A stretch of 64,000 bases of DNA. It comes from Chthoniobacterales bacterium (lineage in GTDB: Bacteria; Verrucomicrobiota; Verrucomicrobiia; Chthoniobacterales; JAFAMB01). This document shows, one piece after another, positions 24,830-34,416 of the stretch. Position 1 is the first letter of the stretch. Each line of letters starts with the position of its first letter. The notes under the pieces are model-generated. The model was not told the DNA's origin, did no database searches, and was given only the letters and a program-made list of their open reading frames with translations. The position numbers and the translations under genes are program-made. Location of the stretch: NCBI GenBank assembly GCA_035601575.1, contig DATNNZ010000462.1:1849-65848 (forward strand). Reading direction: 5' to 3'.

Positions 24830-25633
24830 ATGAATCCAAGCGTCGAACGGTTTACCGGATTCGCTCAGGTATATGATCAGGTCCGACCTTCGCCGCCAGA
24901 GGCAATTGCCGATCTCCTGCTTCAGTTTGCTAAGTTGGAGACGGCCCAACGCGTTGTGGATCTCGGCTGCGGCAGCGGTTTATCAATGATGATGTGGGTT
25001 GGGAGGACACGATCGATCACGGGGGTGGAACCGTCCCAGGATATGCGGCGAGAAGCAGAAAGACGCTGTTCTAACCTTTTCCCGCTGCGCGCGGTGGAAT
25101 GGACTAGCGCGGAAGCAGATGCTACTCAAATCGCCGCCGAGAGTGTCGATATTGTAACGGCATCCCAGTCCTTTCATTGGATGAATCCGGAGACGACGCT
25201 GCCCGAAGTGACCCGTATTCTTCGGCCCGGAGGCGTTTTCGCGGCAATCGATTGCGACTGGCCCCCATCAGTTTTGCCGGAACTGGAACTGGCTTACAAT
25301 GAATGCGTCGCGAATGCCGATCACCCGCAATACGCAGATATCCGGTTGGCCCGGGTCAAGTCGTGGTCTAAACATCAACACCTCGAGAACATTCGGCGCA
25401 GCGGCTGTTTCCGGATCGCGCGAGAATCCACTTTTAACAAAGTAGAATTAGGTGACACGGAGCGACTGGTCGGGTTAGCCAGGAGCCAAGGGAGCGTGGC
25501 CGCACTACTCAGAGCGGGCATCAGCGAAGAAGAGGTAGGGTTGGTTGAATTGAGAAGAACAGGCCAACGACTGTTAGGTGATCGCCAGATTCCGTGGTTC
25601 TGGAGTTATCGCGTGCGCATCGGGGTCAAGTGA
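24830..25633 (+). CDS. Class I SAM-dependent methyltransferase
   Basis: Motif I VVDLGCGSGLS. The first 15 codons of the ORF-track model (24785) lie in heptamer repeats, so ATG 24830 is preferred. Confidence 0.75.
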   Translation: MNPSVERFTGFAQVYDQVRPSPPEAIADLLLQFAKLETAQRVVDLGCGSGLSMMMWVGRTRSITGVEPSQDMRREAERRCSNLFPLRAVEWTSAEADATQIAAESVDIVTASQSFHWMNPETTLPEVTRILRPGGVFAAIDCDWPPSVLPELELAYNECVANADHPQYADIRLARVKSWSKHQHLENIRRSGCFRIARESTFNKVELGDTERLVGLARSQGSVAALLRAGISEEEVGLVELRRTGQRLLGDRQIPWFWSYRVRIGVK

Positions 25634-25639
25634 GACGCT

Positions 25640-25746
25640 GAATCGGTAATCGGTAATCACTAATCGGTAGCCGGGGAATTAGCGGTCGGTGGGACTTAAA
25701 GATATTGCATTTGCTCTACTGATTACCGATTACCGATCACCGATTA
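25640..25746. repeat. Imperfect long hairpin built from CGGTAAT-type heptamers
   Basis: gaatcgg|taatcgg|taatcac|taatcgg|tagccgg on the left, ctgatta|ccgatta|ccgatca|ccgatta on the right; lies between convergent genes and the right arm contains the DUF1992 stop. Confidence 0.8.
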
Positions 25747-26070
25747 CTGGCCCAGTCGCGCCGATCGGTGGCGCTCCTCCAGATGCATATTAAATTCGAC
25801 TTGTCTGGCTTGGAGTTGATCCCGGAGTCGTGACCGTTTTTCGGGATCGGTGCAACGTTCGATTGATTGCTTTAGAGAATCAATTTCCTGAAGCAGCGCG
25901 ACCTCCGGCGGAACACATCCGGCGCTGCGAAGGAGTGAGTATCCCATTCGTTTGTCTTCCGGCCATCGAAAGTACTCCTCGAGGTCCAATGGTTTGCCTT
26001 CCCCGGGGAGATGCTCCTTCGGATTTTGGGCGACCCATTCATCGAGTAGTTTTTCGATGGGTGAAGGCAT
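25744..26070 (-). CDS. DUF1992 (DnaJ subfamily C28-like) domain protein
   Basis: IEKLLDEWVAQNPKEHLPGEGKPLDLEEYF.. Confidence 0.6.
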   Translation of the reverse strand: MPSPIEKLLDEWVAQNPKEHLPGEGKPLDLEEYFRWPEDKRMGYSLLRSAGCVPPEVALLQEIDSLKQSIERCTDPEKRSRLRDQLQARQVEFNMHLEERHRSARLGQ

Positions 26071-26083
26071 TGTTCACGGTAGT

Positions 26084-26136
26084 GAATGACAAATCTTGCT
26101 CTCTTATTTGTTATCTGTCATTTGCAATCTGTCATG
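26084..26136. repeat. Period-7 tract (TTTGTCA type) in a divergent intergenic region
   Basis: gaatgacaaatc .. ttatttg|ttatctg|tcatttg|caatctg|tcat. Confidence 0.7.
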
Positions 26137-26227
26137 ACCATGCGGCCAAAGGCAACGAATGGTCCCGGCCTGCAACTCTATTCTGGAACAGGGAGTTTCC
26201 CGATGAGATAATCGACGAGGTTTAGCA

Positions 26228-26668
26228 ATGGACTGGCTCAAATTCTCTGTCCTGGTCCTGACCGGATTATTCGCGGTTTACGAATACGCGATCGTCAGGC
26301 GCTTTATGGTGTTAGAAAGGCCCACTCAGCCCGATATCGCTGGTGGAAAAGTTCGTCACCCCCTAAGCACATCAATCTATGTGTTACTGCTCGGGACCGA
26401 TGTGTTCGCGACTGTTATCTACGCTCTCCGTTTTCAGAGTGGCGGAGTGGCTAACGCAACCGCCTGGGTGGCGGTTTTTTGCCTGGGCGTTTGTTTGGCG
26501 ATTGCGATCTGGTGGATTGTTCCATTGGGCGACAATCCGCCAACCGAAGACTTTCAGAATATCCCGCTGCCCCTGGAGCAAACATACCGGGCAGTGCAGA
26601 TCTCGTCGGCCGTTTTCTTTCTTCTCGGTTTCGTTTGCTTGTGCGCAAGCGTTGCTTCGTACAGCTGA
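26228..26668 (+). CDS. Hypothetical four-TM membrane protein
   Basis: 146 aa, four hydrophobic segments, ATG start. Confidence 0.5.
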   Translation: MDWLKFSVLVLTGLFAVYEYAIVRRFMVLERPTQPDIAGGKVRHPLSTSIYVLLLGTDVFATVIYALRFQSGGVANATAWVAVFCLGVCLAIAIWWIVPLGDNPPTEDFQNIPLPLEQTYRAVQISSAVFFLLGFVCLCASVASYS

Positions 26669-26740
26669 AGGCCTCGATCCAGAGTAAAATAGCTGAGGGT
26701 CGATTTTCCTTTTTTGTGATTGGCTATTGGTCATCACTCC

Positions 26741-26899
26741 TCAAAACCCTAAATGCAATAAGCCATTTAGGCCGATGATGATCAGGTAGATGGCAACAAT
26801 AAAAGACAACAATCGGGGCACCAGCAATATCAAAATCCCTGCCACGAGAGCAAGGATTGGACCGATTTGAACCGAAATAACTGCCGCTAGGATATCCAT
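26741..26899 (-). CDS. DUF3096-like small membrane protein
   Basis: ATG 26899; MDILAAVISVQIGPILALVAGILILLVPRLLSFIVAIYLIIIGLNGL.. Confidence 0.55.
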   Translation of the reverse strand: MDILAAVISVQIGPILALVAGILILLVPRLLSFIVAIYLIIIGLNGLLHLGF

Positions 26900-27023
26900 T
26901 ATTTTTCTCCGAAATCTCCGGGGCGTCTTAGCAGAATTGTTCGGCCAAGACAAGCGCGCCGGATCCAAAAACCTTTGCGTTTTTTAGTCGGTACCGTTAC
27001 CAGGAGATGCGTCTCGCTTCCCC

Positions 27024-28301
27024 ATGAATCGCATTGCTACGACTACAGACCGGCTCACGCGGTTGCAGTTGGGAGTCTATAGCCTGGGGGCGTTGGCCAT
27101 GAATCTGGCCAACCTCGTGCTTACCGAATGGTTCTACGAGCGCTACGTGGTTGGAGGCGTTATCAGTACGGTGGCGTTCTCGATCATTATATTGGCAGGA
27201 CGAATCACCGACGGTGTTTCCGATCCCTTCCTCGCTTATTGGACCGATAATACGCGAACCCGGTGGGGTCGACGAATACCGTTTCTCCTATTTGGTACCT
27301 TGCCCTTCGCGATTGTATCTTTTCTCCTTTGGATACCGCCCCAAAATGCTGGCGAACTATTCCGGATCGGCTATGCGGTCGTTCTGGCTCAGGCCTATTT
27401 TCTGCTTTACGGATTGGTGGTAACTCCTTATCTGGCGCTCCTGCCAGAAATTGCCGGCTCCACCAGCGACCGCCTGAATCTCACCACCGGACAAGGCGTA
27501 GCAGCACTGGTCGGCACTCTTTGTTTCGCGTTCGCTGGGTTGATTGTGCAGCACTACGGCTTTGCTGGGCTTGGTGTGATGGTAGCTCTAGCGGTCTTGA
27601 TTTCCTATTATCCAATTCCTCTCGTGATATCGGAGCGGGAACACGCGGCTGGTGCGAAGCCGTCCTTGAAAATGCTGTTCCAGTGGATCAGAGAGGTAGT
27701 CGGAAACACTACCTTTTTACCGCTACTGATTTCCACCTCGCTTTACTGGTTTGCGCTCAATCTCTTATTAATGCTGGTCCCGCGCTGGGTCCAAGTGCAG
27801 TTGGGGATGCAGAAGGATGCCGTGACCTGGCTCATGTTGCCGTTCATCGCGGTCAACCTTGTCGCATTCTTCATCTTTAACTGGCTAGCAAAACGGTTCG
27901 GGAAATATCGCAGCTTTCTTTTGGTATTCGCGCTGACCGTTTTAGTGTTCGGATTGGTAGGCCTTTCCGATCGAATTCAAATTGGGCTTTCGCAGTTCAC
28001 TGTTGCTCAATGCGTTGTCGGGCTAGCGGGGGTCCCAGTGGGCGGTTTCGGGGTCTTAGCGTTCGCCCTGCTGGCCGATGTAATCGATGAAGATAGCAGC
28101 CGGCGCGGCCTCCATCGCGAGGCGATCTTTTTCGGGGTTCAAGCCATCTTCCAAAAATCAATGATCGGTCTTTCAGCGGTGGCGTTCGGATGGTTACAGA
28201 CCTTTGGATCAAGCCAGAGTTTTCATGGGTGCGCTTACCTTGCCGCAGCAATCTGTTTAGCCGGTCTATTCGCCTTCGCCCGCTTTCCGATTAGAAATTA
28301 A
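27024..28301 (+). CDS. Glycoside-pentoside-hexuronide (GPH) family cation symporter-like MFS transporter
   Basis: DGVSDPFLAYWTDNTRTRWGRRIPFLL motif; about 12 TM. Confidence 0.7.
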   Translation: MNRIATTTDRLTRLQLGVYSLGALAMNLANLVLTEWFYERYVVGGVISTVAFSIIILAGRITDGVSDPFLAYWTDNTRTRWGRRIPFLLFGTLPFAIVSFLLWIPPQNAGELFRIGYAVVLAQAYFLLYGLVVTPYLALLPEIAGSTSDRLNLTTGQGVAALVGTLCFAFAGLIVQHYGFAGLGVMVALAVLISYYPIPLVISEREHAAGAKPSLKMLFQWIREVVGNTTFLPLLISTSLYWFALNLLLMLVPRWVQVQLGMQKDAVTWLMLPFIAVNLVAFFIFNWLAKRFGKYRSFLLVFALTVLVFGLVGLSDRIQIGLSQFTVAQCVVGLAGVPVGGFGVLAFALLADVIDEDSSRRGLHREAIFFGVQAIFQKSMIGLSAVAFGWLQTFGSSQSFHGCAYLAAAICLAGLFAFARFPIRN

Positions 28302-28306
28302 CGGCA

Positions 28307-29632
28307 TTACTCTCCCGGCCTCAATTCGTAAACTGTGCCGCTATCGTCATCCGAGATAAAAAGCGATTTACCGTCAGTCGAAGGCTTGACGTCGACCGGT
28401 CGGCCCCAGACTCGTTGGGATTGTTCGTCGAGCCATCCAGTAACCAGATCAACTTGGTTACCCGGCCGCTGCTGACTCGTCCACGGAAAGATGACGACCT
28501 TATACCCGGTCTTACGAGTTCGATCCCAGGAACCGTGGTACGCGACGGCGGCCGAGTTCCGGAGCCAGTCGGGCAATTTTGTTTCCTGCAGAAATGCCAT
28601 GCCCAACGGCGCCGAGTGAGCCTGGATCCCTTTATCGCTCCGCGTAAACCTAGACTCCGGATATTTGTTCCAGTCCGGATTGTTATCGTAATACGGGTCG
28701 AGCGGCATGTCATCCAAACCGCTCGGACCGTCCGGGTTCGGTTCAGCGAATGGCCACCCATAGTCCGCTCCCGATCTAACATGAATAAATGTATCTGGCG
28801 GATGGTCATCGATGTAGGCAGTAATGCGTTTGCCAAAGTCATCCGAGCCGCTTCCTTTCCAGCTTCGGTGATATGGGAATCGAATATCGTCACTTCCGTT
28901 GACCACCGCCCACAAAGCGTTTGATCCCGGCACAAAGTCGAGTCCTTCCGCGTTTCGAATACCTTTTGCTAAAAGAATTCGGTTTCCACCATCCAGATCA
29001 TAGCGGTAAATGGCGCACCGAATGGGATCACTGGTGGTATCCCTCGGATCCGCATTTGTTGACGAAGCGATATCGACGTAGAGGTGCCGATCCGGGCTGA
29101 TCGCTAGGTTTTTCAATTCATGGCGATAGGAGCCGCGGAGCTCAGCGCTGCTGGTGTCGGGCAAATTTGGTACAACGACTTCTTTATGGAGTAGCGTGTG
29201 GCCGTTGGGATCGTAGGCGAATCGACTGATCTCGTTGGATTCACTCACGTAAACGTACGCTTTGCCTGCTCTCACTATAAACGCCATTCCATGTGGTAAG
29301 CGCAATCCGGAGGCGGCAAGAATGGGCGAGGCTATGCTGGCCGGCGTCCCAGAGATCCACCAAATCTTGCCCCTCGATGGCTGAGAGACAAGGAGACCGC
29401 CTTCCGGAGTCGGCCGGACAAACCGAGCTGCCGGAATTCGAGCAACCACCCGGATTTGAAAGCCGCGCGGTACTTGTAGATAACGGTCGCGATCAAACGG
29501 TGAGGTTCGAAATGGTGAGGGCACGGTCACCCTCTCGGAATCCAGCTGGGTTTGCCCAAAACTCTGCTTGGGCCCGAGAAAAAGAAATGCTGGAGCCGCA
29601 AAAATTGAAAGGAAAGCAGCAAGCCTGTTCAT
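28307..29632 (-). CDS. Secreted beta-propeller glucose/sorbosone dehydrogenase-like protein
   Basis: Signal peptide from ATG 29632 (MNRLAAFLSIFAAPAFLF); repeated propeller-like blades; ..DYGWPF.., ..PLGMAF.. Confidence 0.55.
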   Translation of the reverse strand: MNRLAAFLSIFAAPAFLFLGPKQSFGQTQLDSERVTVPSPFRTSPFDRDRYLQVPRGFQIRVVARIPAARFVRPTPEGGLLVSQPSRGKIWWISGTPASIASPILAASGLRLPHGMAFIVRAGKAYVYVSESNEISRFAYDPNGHTLLHKEVVVPNLPDTSSAELRGSYRHELKNLAISPDRHLYVDIASSTNADPRDTTSDPIRCAIYRYDLDGGNRILLAKGIRNAEGLDFVPGSNALWAVVNGSDDIRFPYHRSWKGSGSDDFGKRITAYIDDHPPDTFIHVRSGADYGWPFAEPNPDGPSGLDDMPLDPYYDNNPDWNKYPESRFTRSDKGIQAHSAPLGMAFLQETKLPDWLRNSAAVAYHGSWDRTRKTGYKVVIFPWTSQQRPGNQVDLVTGWLDEQSQRVWGRPVDVKPSTDGKSLFISDDDSGTVYELRPGE

Positions 29633-29722
29633 GAGAAGACGGTAGTTTCGGTTGGAATAACCGTTTCCGAATCGGGTCTCCTTTAATTGACAAAAAGTAA
29701 CACTGCTCGAACTGATGATCAT

Positions 29723-30175
29723 ATGTTCTACGGACAACATACTTCCGTCTTTCGCGTATTATTTTGCGTTGTTCTATTCGTCGCGACCGAGAGGATCCTT
29801 GCCGCCGATTCGCCGTCGGTCACCGGTCTTTGGAAGAACGAAGACGCTTCATTTGAGGTCTACGAGGAGAACGGAAAACTGAATGCCAAGATTGTAAGCC
29901 TGCGCGAGCCGCTCGCTCCGGACGGCAGGCAAAAGACCGACATTCATAATCCGGATGCCGGCAAACACAGCCGTCCAATTCTCGGGATGGTCTTTATGAC
30001 CGGGTTTACCTCGACCGGTTCGGGCAAATGGGGAAACGGGACAATTTATGATCCGAAGAGCGGAAATACGTACTCTTGCAATATGGAATTGCAAGGCACG
30101 GATACTCTTAAGGTACGCGGCTACATCGGTGTTTCGCTGATCGGAAGAACCGAAACCTGGAAAAGAGCGAACTGA
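29723..30175 (+). CDS. DUF2147 domain protein (secreted)
   Basis: ..GLWKNEDASFEVYEENGKLNAKIV..GNGTIYDPKSGNTYSCNMEL..LKVRGYIG..RTETWKR. Confidence 0.65.
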   Translation: MFYGQHTSVFRVLFCVVLFVATERILAADSPSVTGLWKNEDASFEVYEENGKLNAKIVSLREPLAPDGRQKTDIHNPDAGKHSRPILGMVFMTGFTSTGSGKWGNGTIYDPKSGNTYSCNMELQGTDTLKVRGYIGVSLIGRTETWKRAN

Positions 30176-30180
30176 TAAAT

Positions 30181-30239
30181 AACCGATAGCCAATAGCCAA
30201 GAGGGCCCAAGGTCATTTGGCTATCGGCTATTGGCTATT
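30181..30239. repeat. Hairpin built from GATAGCC-type heptamers between convergent genes
   Basis: AACCGATAGCCAATAGCCAA .. TTGGCTATCGGCTATTGGCTATT; the right arm contains the stop (30228) of the minus-strand gene. Confidence 0.8.
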
Positions 30240-30647
30240 CTTCCAGGCGCGACGTTTCACCACAATGCCACCATCCCGATCGCGCAGGATCAACACCGTT
30301 TCGGTGACCGCGACCACTTCGTAAATAGTCGTTCGCGCCGGCATCCCGGTCGCCTCGGTGTGGTTTATCAGAACTCGGTTATGGACTCGCCATGTCCCGC
30401 GCAAAACCAATTTCGTCCGATAGCGTCCCTCGGCGATTCCCGCGGACGCTCCAAAGGTACCGTCCGGCCGATATTCCACGGTGAGTGTCATTGGCTGACC
30501 ATCCAGGATCTCTTGGCTGATCCAAGCACCTGGAACCAGAGAGCGGATCGTCTCGTCCGATAGTTGATCCGATTCGTTTTCGCCCGCTGCGATAAACGAG
30601 AAGACGAGCCCGGAAATAAGGAGCAATGCTACTTTCGCGGCAGCCAT
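30228..30647 (-). CDS. Hypothetical secreted protein
   Basis: 139 aa, N-terminal signal MAAAKVALLLISGLVFSFIAA, beta-rich mature part. Confidence 0.45.
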   Translation of the reverse strand: MAAAKVALLLISGLVFSFIAAGENESDQLSDETIRSLVPGAWISQEILDGQPMTLTVEYRPDGTFGASAGIAEGRYRTKLVLRGTWRVHNRVLINHTEATGMPARTTIYEVVAVTETVLILRDRDGGIVVKRRAWKNSQ

Positions 30648-30769
30648 TTTTCACTATAATCACTATCGATCGGGCCGCTCGATTCCTAGGTCCGACGGGC
30701 TAGGCCACAGCCTCAGTGAAAGACCAACCTGTTATTCTGACGAGTGCTTCCTGCGAAAAGCTTTCGCCA

Positions 30770-31243
30770 ATGCAAGAGTGGCCTCGTGCTCGACTAGTCG
30801 CGATTGTTGCCGACACTCACGGTCTTGTTCGCGAATCCGTTCTCAGTGCAGTCGGGAATGTCGATTTGATTTTGCACGCGGGTGATGTCGGCCATGCAAG
30901 GGTCTTGGATCGGCTGCGGGAATGCGCTCCGGTGGTGGCGATTCGCGGCAACGTGGACACCGAAATGTTTGCATTACCACCAACCGAGTTGGTCTCTGTG
31001 CGCCGGCGGCTGGTCTATTTATTGCATAGTCTCGCTGATTTGGATCTGAACCCGGCGGTTGCAGGTTTTTCAATGGTGGTTTCGGGGCATTCTCATAAGC
31101 CACTCGTTCGGAGCAAGGATGGGGTATTATACGTAAATCCTGGAAGCATCGGACCGCGTCGTTTCAAACTCCCGATCAGTTTCGCGCTGGCCGATTTTGG
31201 GTCACAACCAATCGATGTGAGACTCGAGGAAGTTGTGGAATGA
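30770..31243 (+). CDS. Metallophosphoesterase, YfcE/MJ0936 family
   Basis: DTHG, HAGD, RGNVD, GHSH motifs; ATG 30770. Confidence 0.75.
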   Translation: MQEWPRARLVAIVADTHGLVRESVLSAVGNVDLILHAGDVGHARVLDRLRECAPVVAIRGNVDTEMFALPPTELVSVRRRLVYLLHSLADLDLNPAVAGFSMVVSGHSHKPLVRSKDGVLYVNPGSIGPRRFKLPISFALADFGSQPIDVRLEEVVE

Positions 31244-31249
31244 TTAGAA

Positions 31250-32074
31250 ATGCCTGAGCTGGCTGAAGTCGAGCGCAGCCGCCGCCTTTGGGCGGTCGGA
31301 CGAGGTGAGAAAATCTTGGAAGTCATTTTGCGCAACCGAACGTCGCGCATCTTTCGGAGCATAAATCCAGAGGAACTCGTTCGAACCTTGACCGGCCAAC
31401 GGTTGTTGGATTCGGAAGCGCTGGGCAAGCAAATGGTATTTCGATTCGGCAATCGGGGCGAGCATTGGCTGGGACTGCATTTGGGCATGACCGGCGAACT
31501 CAGGGTTGAAAAGCCAAAGTACTCGTTCCTAAAATATGACCATCTTATTCTTCGGCAGTCGAAACGATCTCTCGTTTTTTCTGATCCGCGGCAATTTGGT
31601 CGAGTGCAATTTGCTCGGAACGAAGTCGCCCCTTCATGGTGGGCGAAGCTGCCGCCATCGATTTTGTCCAATCAATTCAAGCCAAGCTCGATTGCGGAGT
31701 TTTGCCGGCGCCGAAAAGCGTCGCCGATGAAAGCATTATTATTGATGCAGGAGCGCTTTCCCGGCATCGGAAACTGGATGGCAGATGAAATTCTTTGGCG
31801 AGCACGACTAAATCCCAAGACTCGGGCCGGCACCCTTAGCCTGTCAGAGATTAACACGCTTTATCGTGTTACCCGAAGCGTCTGCGCGAAGGCCATCGAA
31901 GTCATGGATAAAGATTGGCAGTTTCCCAGGAGCTGGTTGTTTGCCCACCGTTGGGAGGACGGAGGGAAATGCCCGCGCTGTCGCACTGATTTAATGAGAG
32001 AAGTGGTTGGCGGCCGGCGTACCTGCTGGTGTCCGCAATGCCAGCCGGAACATGCGTATGACTCGAGCGACTGA
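31250..32074 (+). CDS. mutM: Formamidopyrimidine-DNA glycosylase (Fpg/Nei family)
   Basis: N-terminal MPELAEVE; C-terminal zinc finger CPRC..CPQC. Confidence 0.85.
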   Translation: MPELAEVERSRRLWAVGRGEKILEVILRNRTSRIFRSINPEELVRTLTGQRLLDSEALGKQMVFRFGNRGEHWLGLHLGMTGELRVEKPKYSFLKYDHLILRQSKRSLVFSDPRQFGRVQFARNEVAPSWWAKLPPSILSNQFKPSSIAEFCRRRKASPMKALLLMQERFPGIGNWMADEILWRARLNPKTRAGTLSLSEINTLYRVTRSVCAKAIEVMDKDWQFPRSWLFAHRWEDGGKCPRCRTDLMREVVGGRRTCWCPQCQPEHAYDSSD

Positions 32075-32081
32075 CCCCTGC

Positions 32082-32129
32082 AATCTGCTATCCGTCATTT
32101 GTCATGCCGTTCGGCGATAGCTGAAAGGC
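32082..32129. repeat. Period-7 tract (TTTGTCA type) plus imperfect hairpin, overlapping the 3' end of larB
   Basis: aatctgc|tatccgt|catttgt|cat then GCCGTTCGGC-gata-GCTGAAAGGC; encodes the last residues ..SPNGMTNDG of the larB ORF. Confidence 0.7.
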
Positions 32130-32801
32130 GAGCGAGGACCGTGCGTCATTTCGTTGAACAATGCGAAGAGCGGCGCAAGCTGCTCCGTATCCATTGTCGA
32201 TATTCACCACGAGGAGACCGGGTGCGCAACTGGCCAGCGCAGCATTCAATGCGGTCTGGCCGCCGTTGGCGACACCATAACCAACAGAAGTTGGCAGGGC
32301 GATCACGCAGCCGCTCACCAAACCGCCGACAACGCTCGGCAGGGCACCGTCCATGCCAGCAGCGACGATAACAACACTCATCTGCTTCAGCGATTCTAGC
32401 CGGTCGAATAGACGCCAGATTCCGGCTACGCCGACATCATTGATGGTTAAAACATTCTGGCCATAAAAGCGCAGCGTACGAGCTGCTTCCATCGCGACTG
32501 GAACGTCCGACGTCCCGGCGGTAATCACCGCAATCTCGGCTACATTGACGACCGGCTTCAATGGGCCGAAAAAGGCCGTTTGTGATACCGGGTCATAGTC
32601 GAGCAACGAACAATATTGGCTGGGGAGCGCATTAAATTGGGCCGGTGATAACCGGGTCAGGAGTAAGGTGGTTTGTCGTTGAGCCGCTTGATTCAAGATT
32701 TCGGCAAGTTGATCGATATTTTTTGACGCTGAATATACTGCTTCGGCCAACCCAATACGCCGGGTTCGTTCGTGGTCGAGATTTATCTCTCCTTTAGTCA
32801 T
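32088..32801 (-). CDS. larB: Nickel-pincer cofactor biosynthesis protein LarB (PurE/AIR carboxylase-like)
   Basis: ..VAEIAVITAGTSDVPVAMEA.. PurE-like fold, ~237 aa, directly downstream of larC. Confidence 0.75.
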   Translation of the reverse strand: MTKGEINLDHERTRRIGLAEAVYSASKNIDQLAEILNQAAQRQTTLLLTRLSPAQFNALPSQYCSLLDYDPVSQTAFFGPLKPVVNVAEIAVITAGTSDVPVAMEAARTLRFYGQNVLTINDVGVAGIWRLFDRLESLKQMSVVIVAAGMDGALPSVVGGLVSGCVIALPTSVGYGVANGGQTALNAALASCAPGLLVVNIDNGYGAACAALRIVQRNDARSSLAFQLSPNGMTNDG

Positions 32802-32839
32802 GTTGGTTCACCGGGTTATGCCCGCCTTCTCTCAATCCG

Positions 32840-34156
32840 TTATTCATGGTGCAATCGGGGAGCCTCCGATCTTTTGGCGATTGGTCGCTCCGACTGGATT
32901 TCGGCGTCCACCAAATCAGCAAGGAGCGGCGACGAAAGAGCCTGAGCTTCAGCCTTAGTTTTCAATTCTGCTCGAGCACTATACCCTTCGCCAGCCACTA
33001 ATAAATCGTCCGCCTCAGCTTTAGCGGTCGCCCCGATTCCAGGACGTCGCACGATTTTCACTCTTACCTGGCGGCCGGCGACCTGCACTGATTCAGTTTG
33101 ACGTGGGAGCGCGATAGCTTCGGTCGCGCGAAAACGCAAGCCGATGGTCGTTGTTTGCTGAAAGCAGAGTGCAATTACTTCCTCTTGCTTTGCGGGATCG
33201 GCGAGGATCTTTATATGACTGGCCTGCCTACCCTTCTTGCCGATCGCGGGAATTTGGATGACATCAAAAACCGCGACGTCATTTCGAATCCGTTCCAGCC
33301 CGGCGGCAAGCTCCTCGGCGGACTGATCATCGACCTCAAACTCAACAATCAAGAGTTCTCGATGCCCGCTCGAAGCTTGGCTCTTTTGTTGGAAACAGAT
33401 CACACGAAGAACATTGCTGATGCCGGGAAAACGTTTAGTTCCCAGACCAACACCGGAACGCACGAGAACGCCAGTTCGGCGTTGGACTTCGTTTGGTCGA
33501 CAGAGGTAGCGGACGATCGCAGCTCCGGTTGGAGTGACGCGTTCGCCTGGAATTCCATCGTCAAATACGGCGAAACCTTCGAGCAATAACGCGGTGGCAG
33601 GTGCAGGGATCGGCAACCGGCCATGAGCGGTTTCGACCTGTCCAGAGCCAAGAGGCAGCGGCGAAGTCGTCCAACGATCCACCTGAAGTGCGTCGATAAG
33701 AAAAGCTGCTCCGACAATGTCCACGATCGAATCGATGGCGCCCACTTCGTGGAACGCGACATCCGCAACCGGGATCCCATGGACACGGGCTTCAGCCCCG
33801 GCCAAGAGGCCGAAAATCCCGAGCGCATGTTGCTTGGCCGTCGATGAAAGGTTCGCCTGCTCAATCAGCTTACGAATATCTGACCAGCGCCTGTGGTGAT
33901 GGTCATGTGATCCGTCCGAATCATGCGCGTGCTGATGATGGTGAATGGAAGGTTGGGCTTCACACTCTACAACGAATCTGGATCCGGCCAGGACTCCGTC
34001 ATTCGCGGTTTCGATTCGGCAATTGACCCACTCAGGCAGCCCCAAGCCATACATCGTTTTTAAAAGTCCAGGTGTTAGCTCAGGGTTGGCATTAAGAACT
34101 GCGGCGACGAACATGTCGCCGGCAACACCTCCAATGGGATCAAGATGGATCTGCAT
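32840..34156 (-). CDS. larC: Nickel insertion protein LarC (DUF111)
   Basis: MQIHLDPIGGVAGDMFVAAVL.. N-terminus and His-rich stretch HHHQHAHDSDGSHDHHH. Confidence 0.8.
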   Translation of the reverse strand: MQIHLDPIGGVAGDMFVAAVLNANPELTPGLLKTMYGLGLPEWVNCRIETANDGVLAGSRFVVECEAQPSIHHHQHAHDSDGSHDHHHRRWSDIRKLIEQANLSSTAKQHALGIFGLLAGAEARVHGIPVADVAFHEVGAIDSIVDIVGAAFLIDALQVDRWTTSPLPLGSGQVETAHGRLPIPAPATALLLEGFAVFDDGIPGERVTPTGAAIVRYLCRPNEVQRRTGVLVRSGVGLGTKRFPGISNVLRVICFQQKSQASSGHRELLIVEFEVDDQSAEELAAGLERIRNDVAVFDVIQIPAIGKKGRQASHIKILADPAKQEEVIALCFQQTTTIGLRFRATEAIALPRQTESVQVAGRQVRVKIVRRPGIGATAKAEADDLLVAGEGYSARAELKTKAEAQALSSPLLADLVDAEIQSERPIAKRSEAPRLHHE

Positions 34157-34220
34157 AAGCCCGATTTACAACTAAACCATTTGTCAGCCCGGAGCTGGAG
34201 CTCTGCGGGTTGATTTCTAA

Positions 34221-34298
34221 CGCTAATAGCAAATCTGCTATTTGCTATTTGTCATCTGTCATCCGCTATTTGTCAGACCATTCGGCGACAGCCGACGG
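34221..34298. repeat. Eight-unit period-7 tract (TTTGTCA/TTTGCTA type) plus hairpin
   Basis: cgctaat|agcaaat|ctgctat|ttgctat|ttgtcat|ctgtcat|ccgctat|ttgtcag then ACCATTCGGC-gaca-GCCGACGG. Confidence 0.85.
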
Positions 34299-34416
34299 GC
34301 CGAGGCCCGCTGACACATGACAAATGGGGTGCTCGACCGAAGAACCGTTCTGGGCAAATACCAACCCGAAAGCAATTCGGCACTGAGTCATGGGACACGA
34401 CCAATCGCACAGGGCC

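Noticed and set aside
34221-34276. CRISPR array
   Set aside because: The unit length is 7 nt with no spacers and no cas genes in 64 kb. The same applies to all other heptamer and nonamer tracts.
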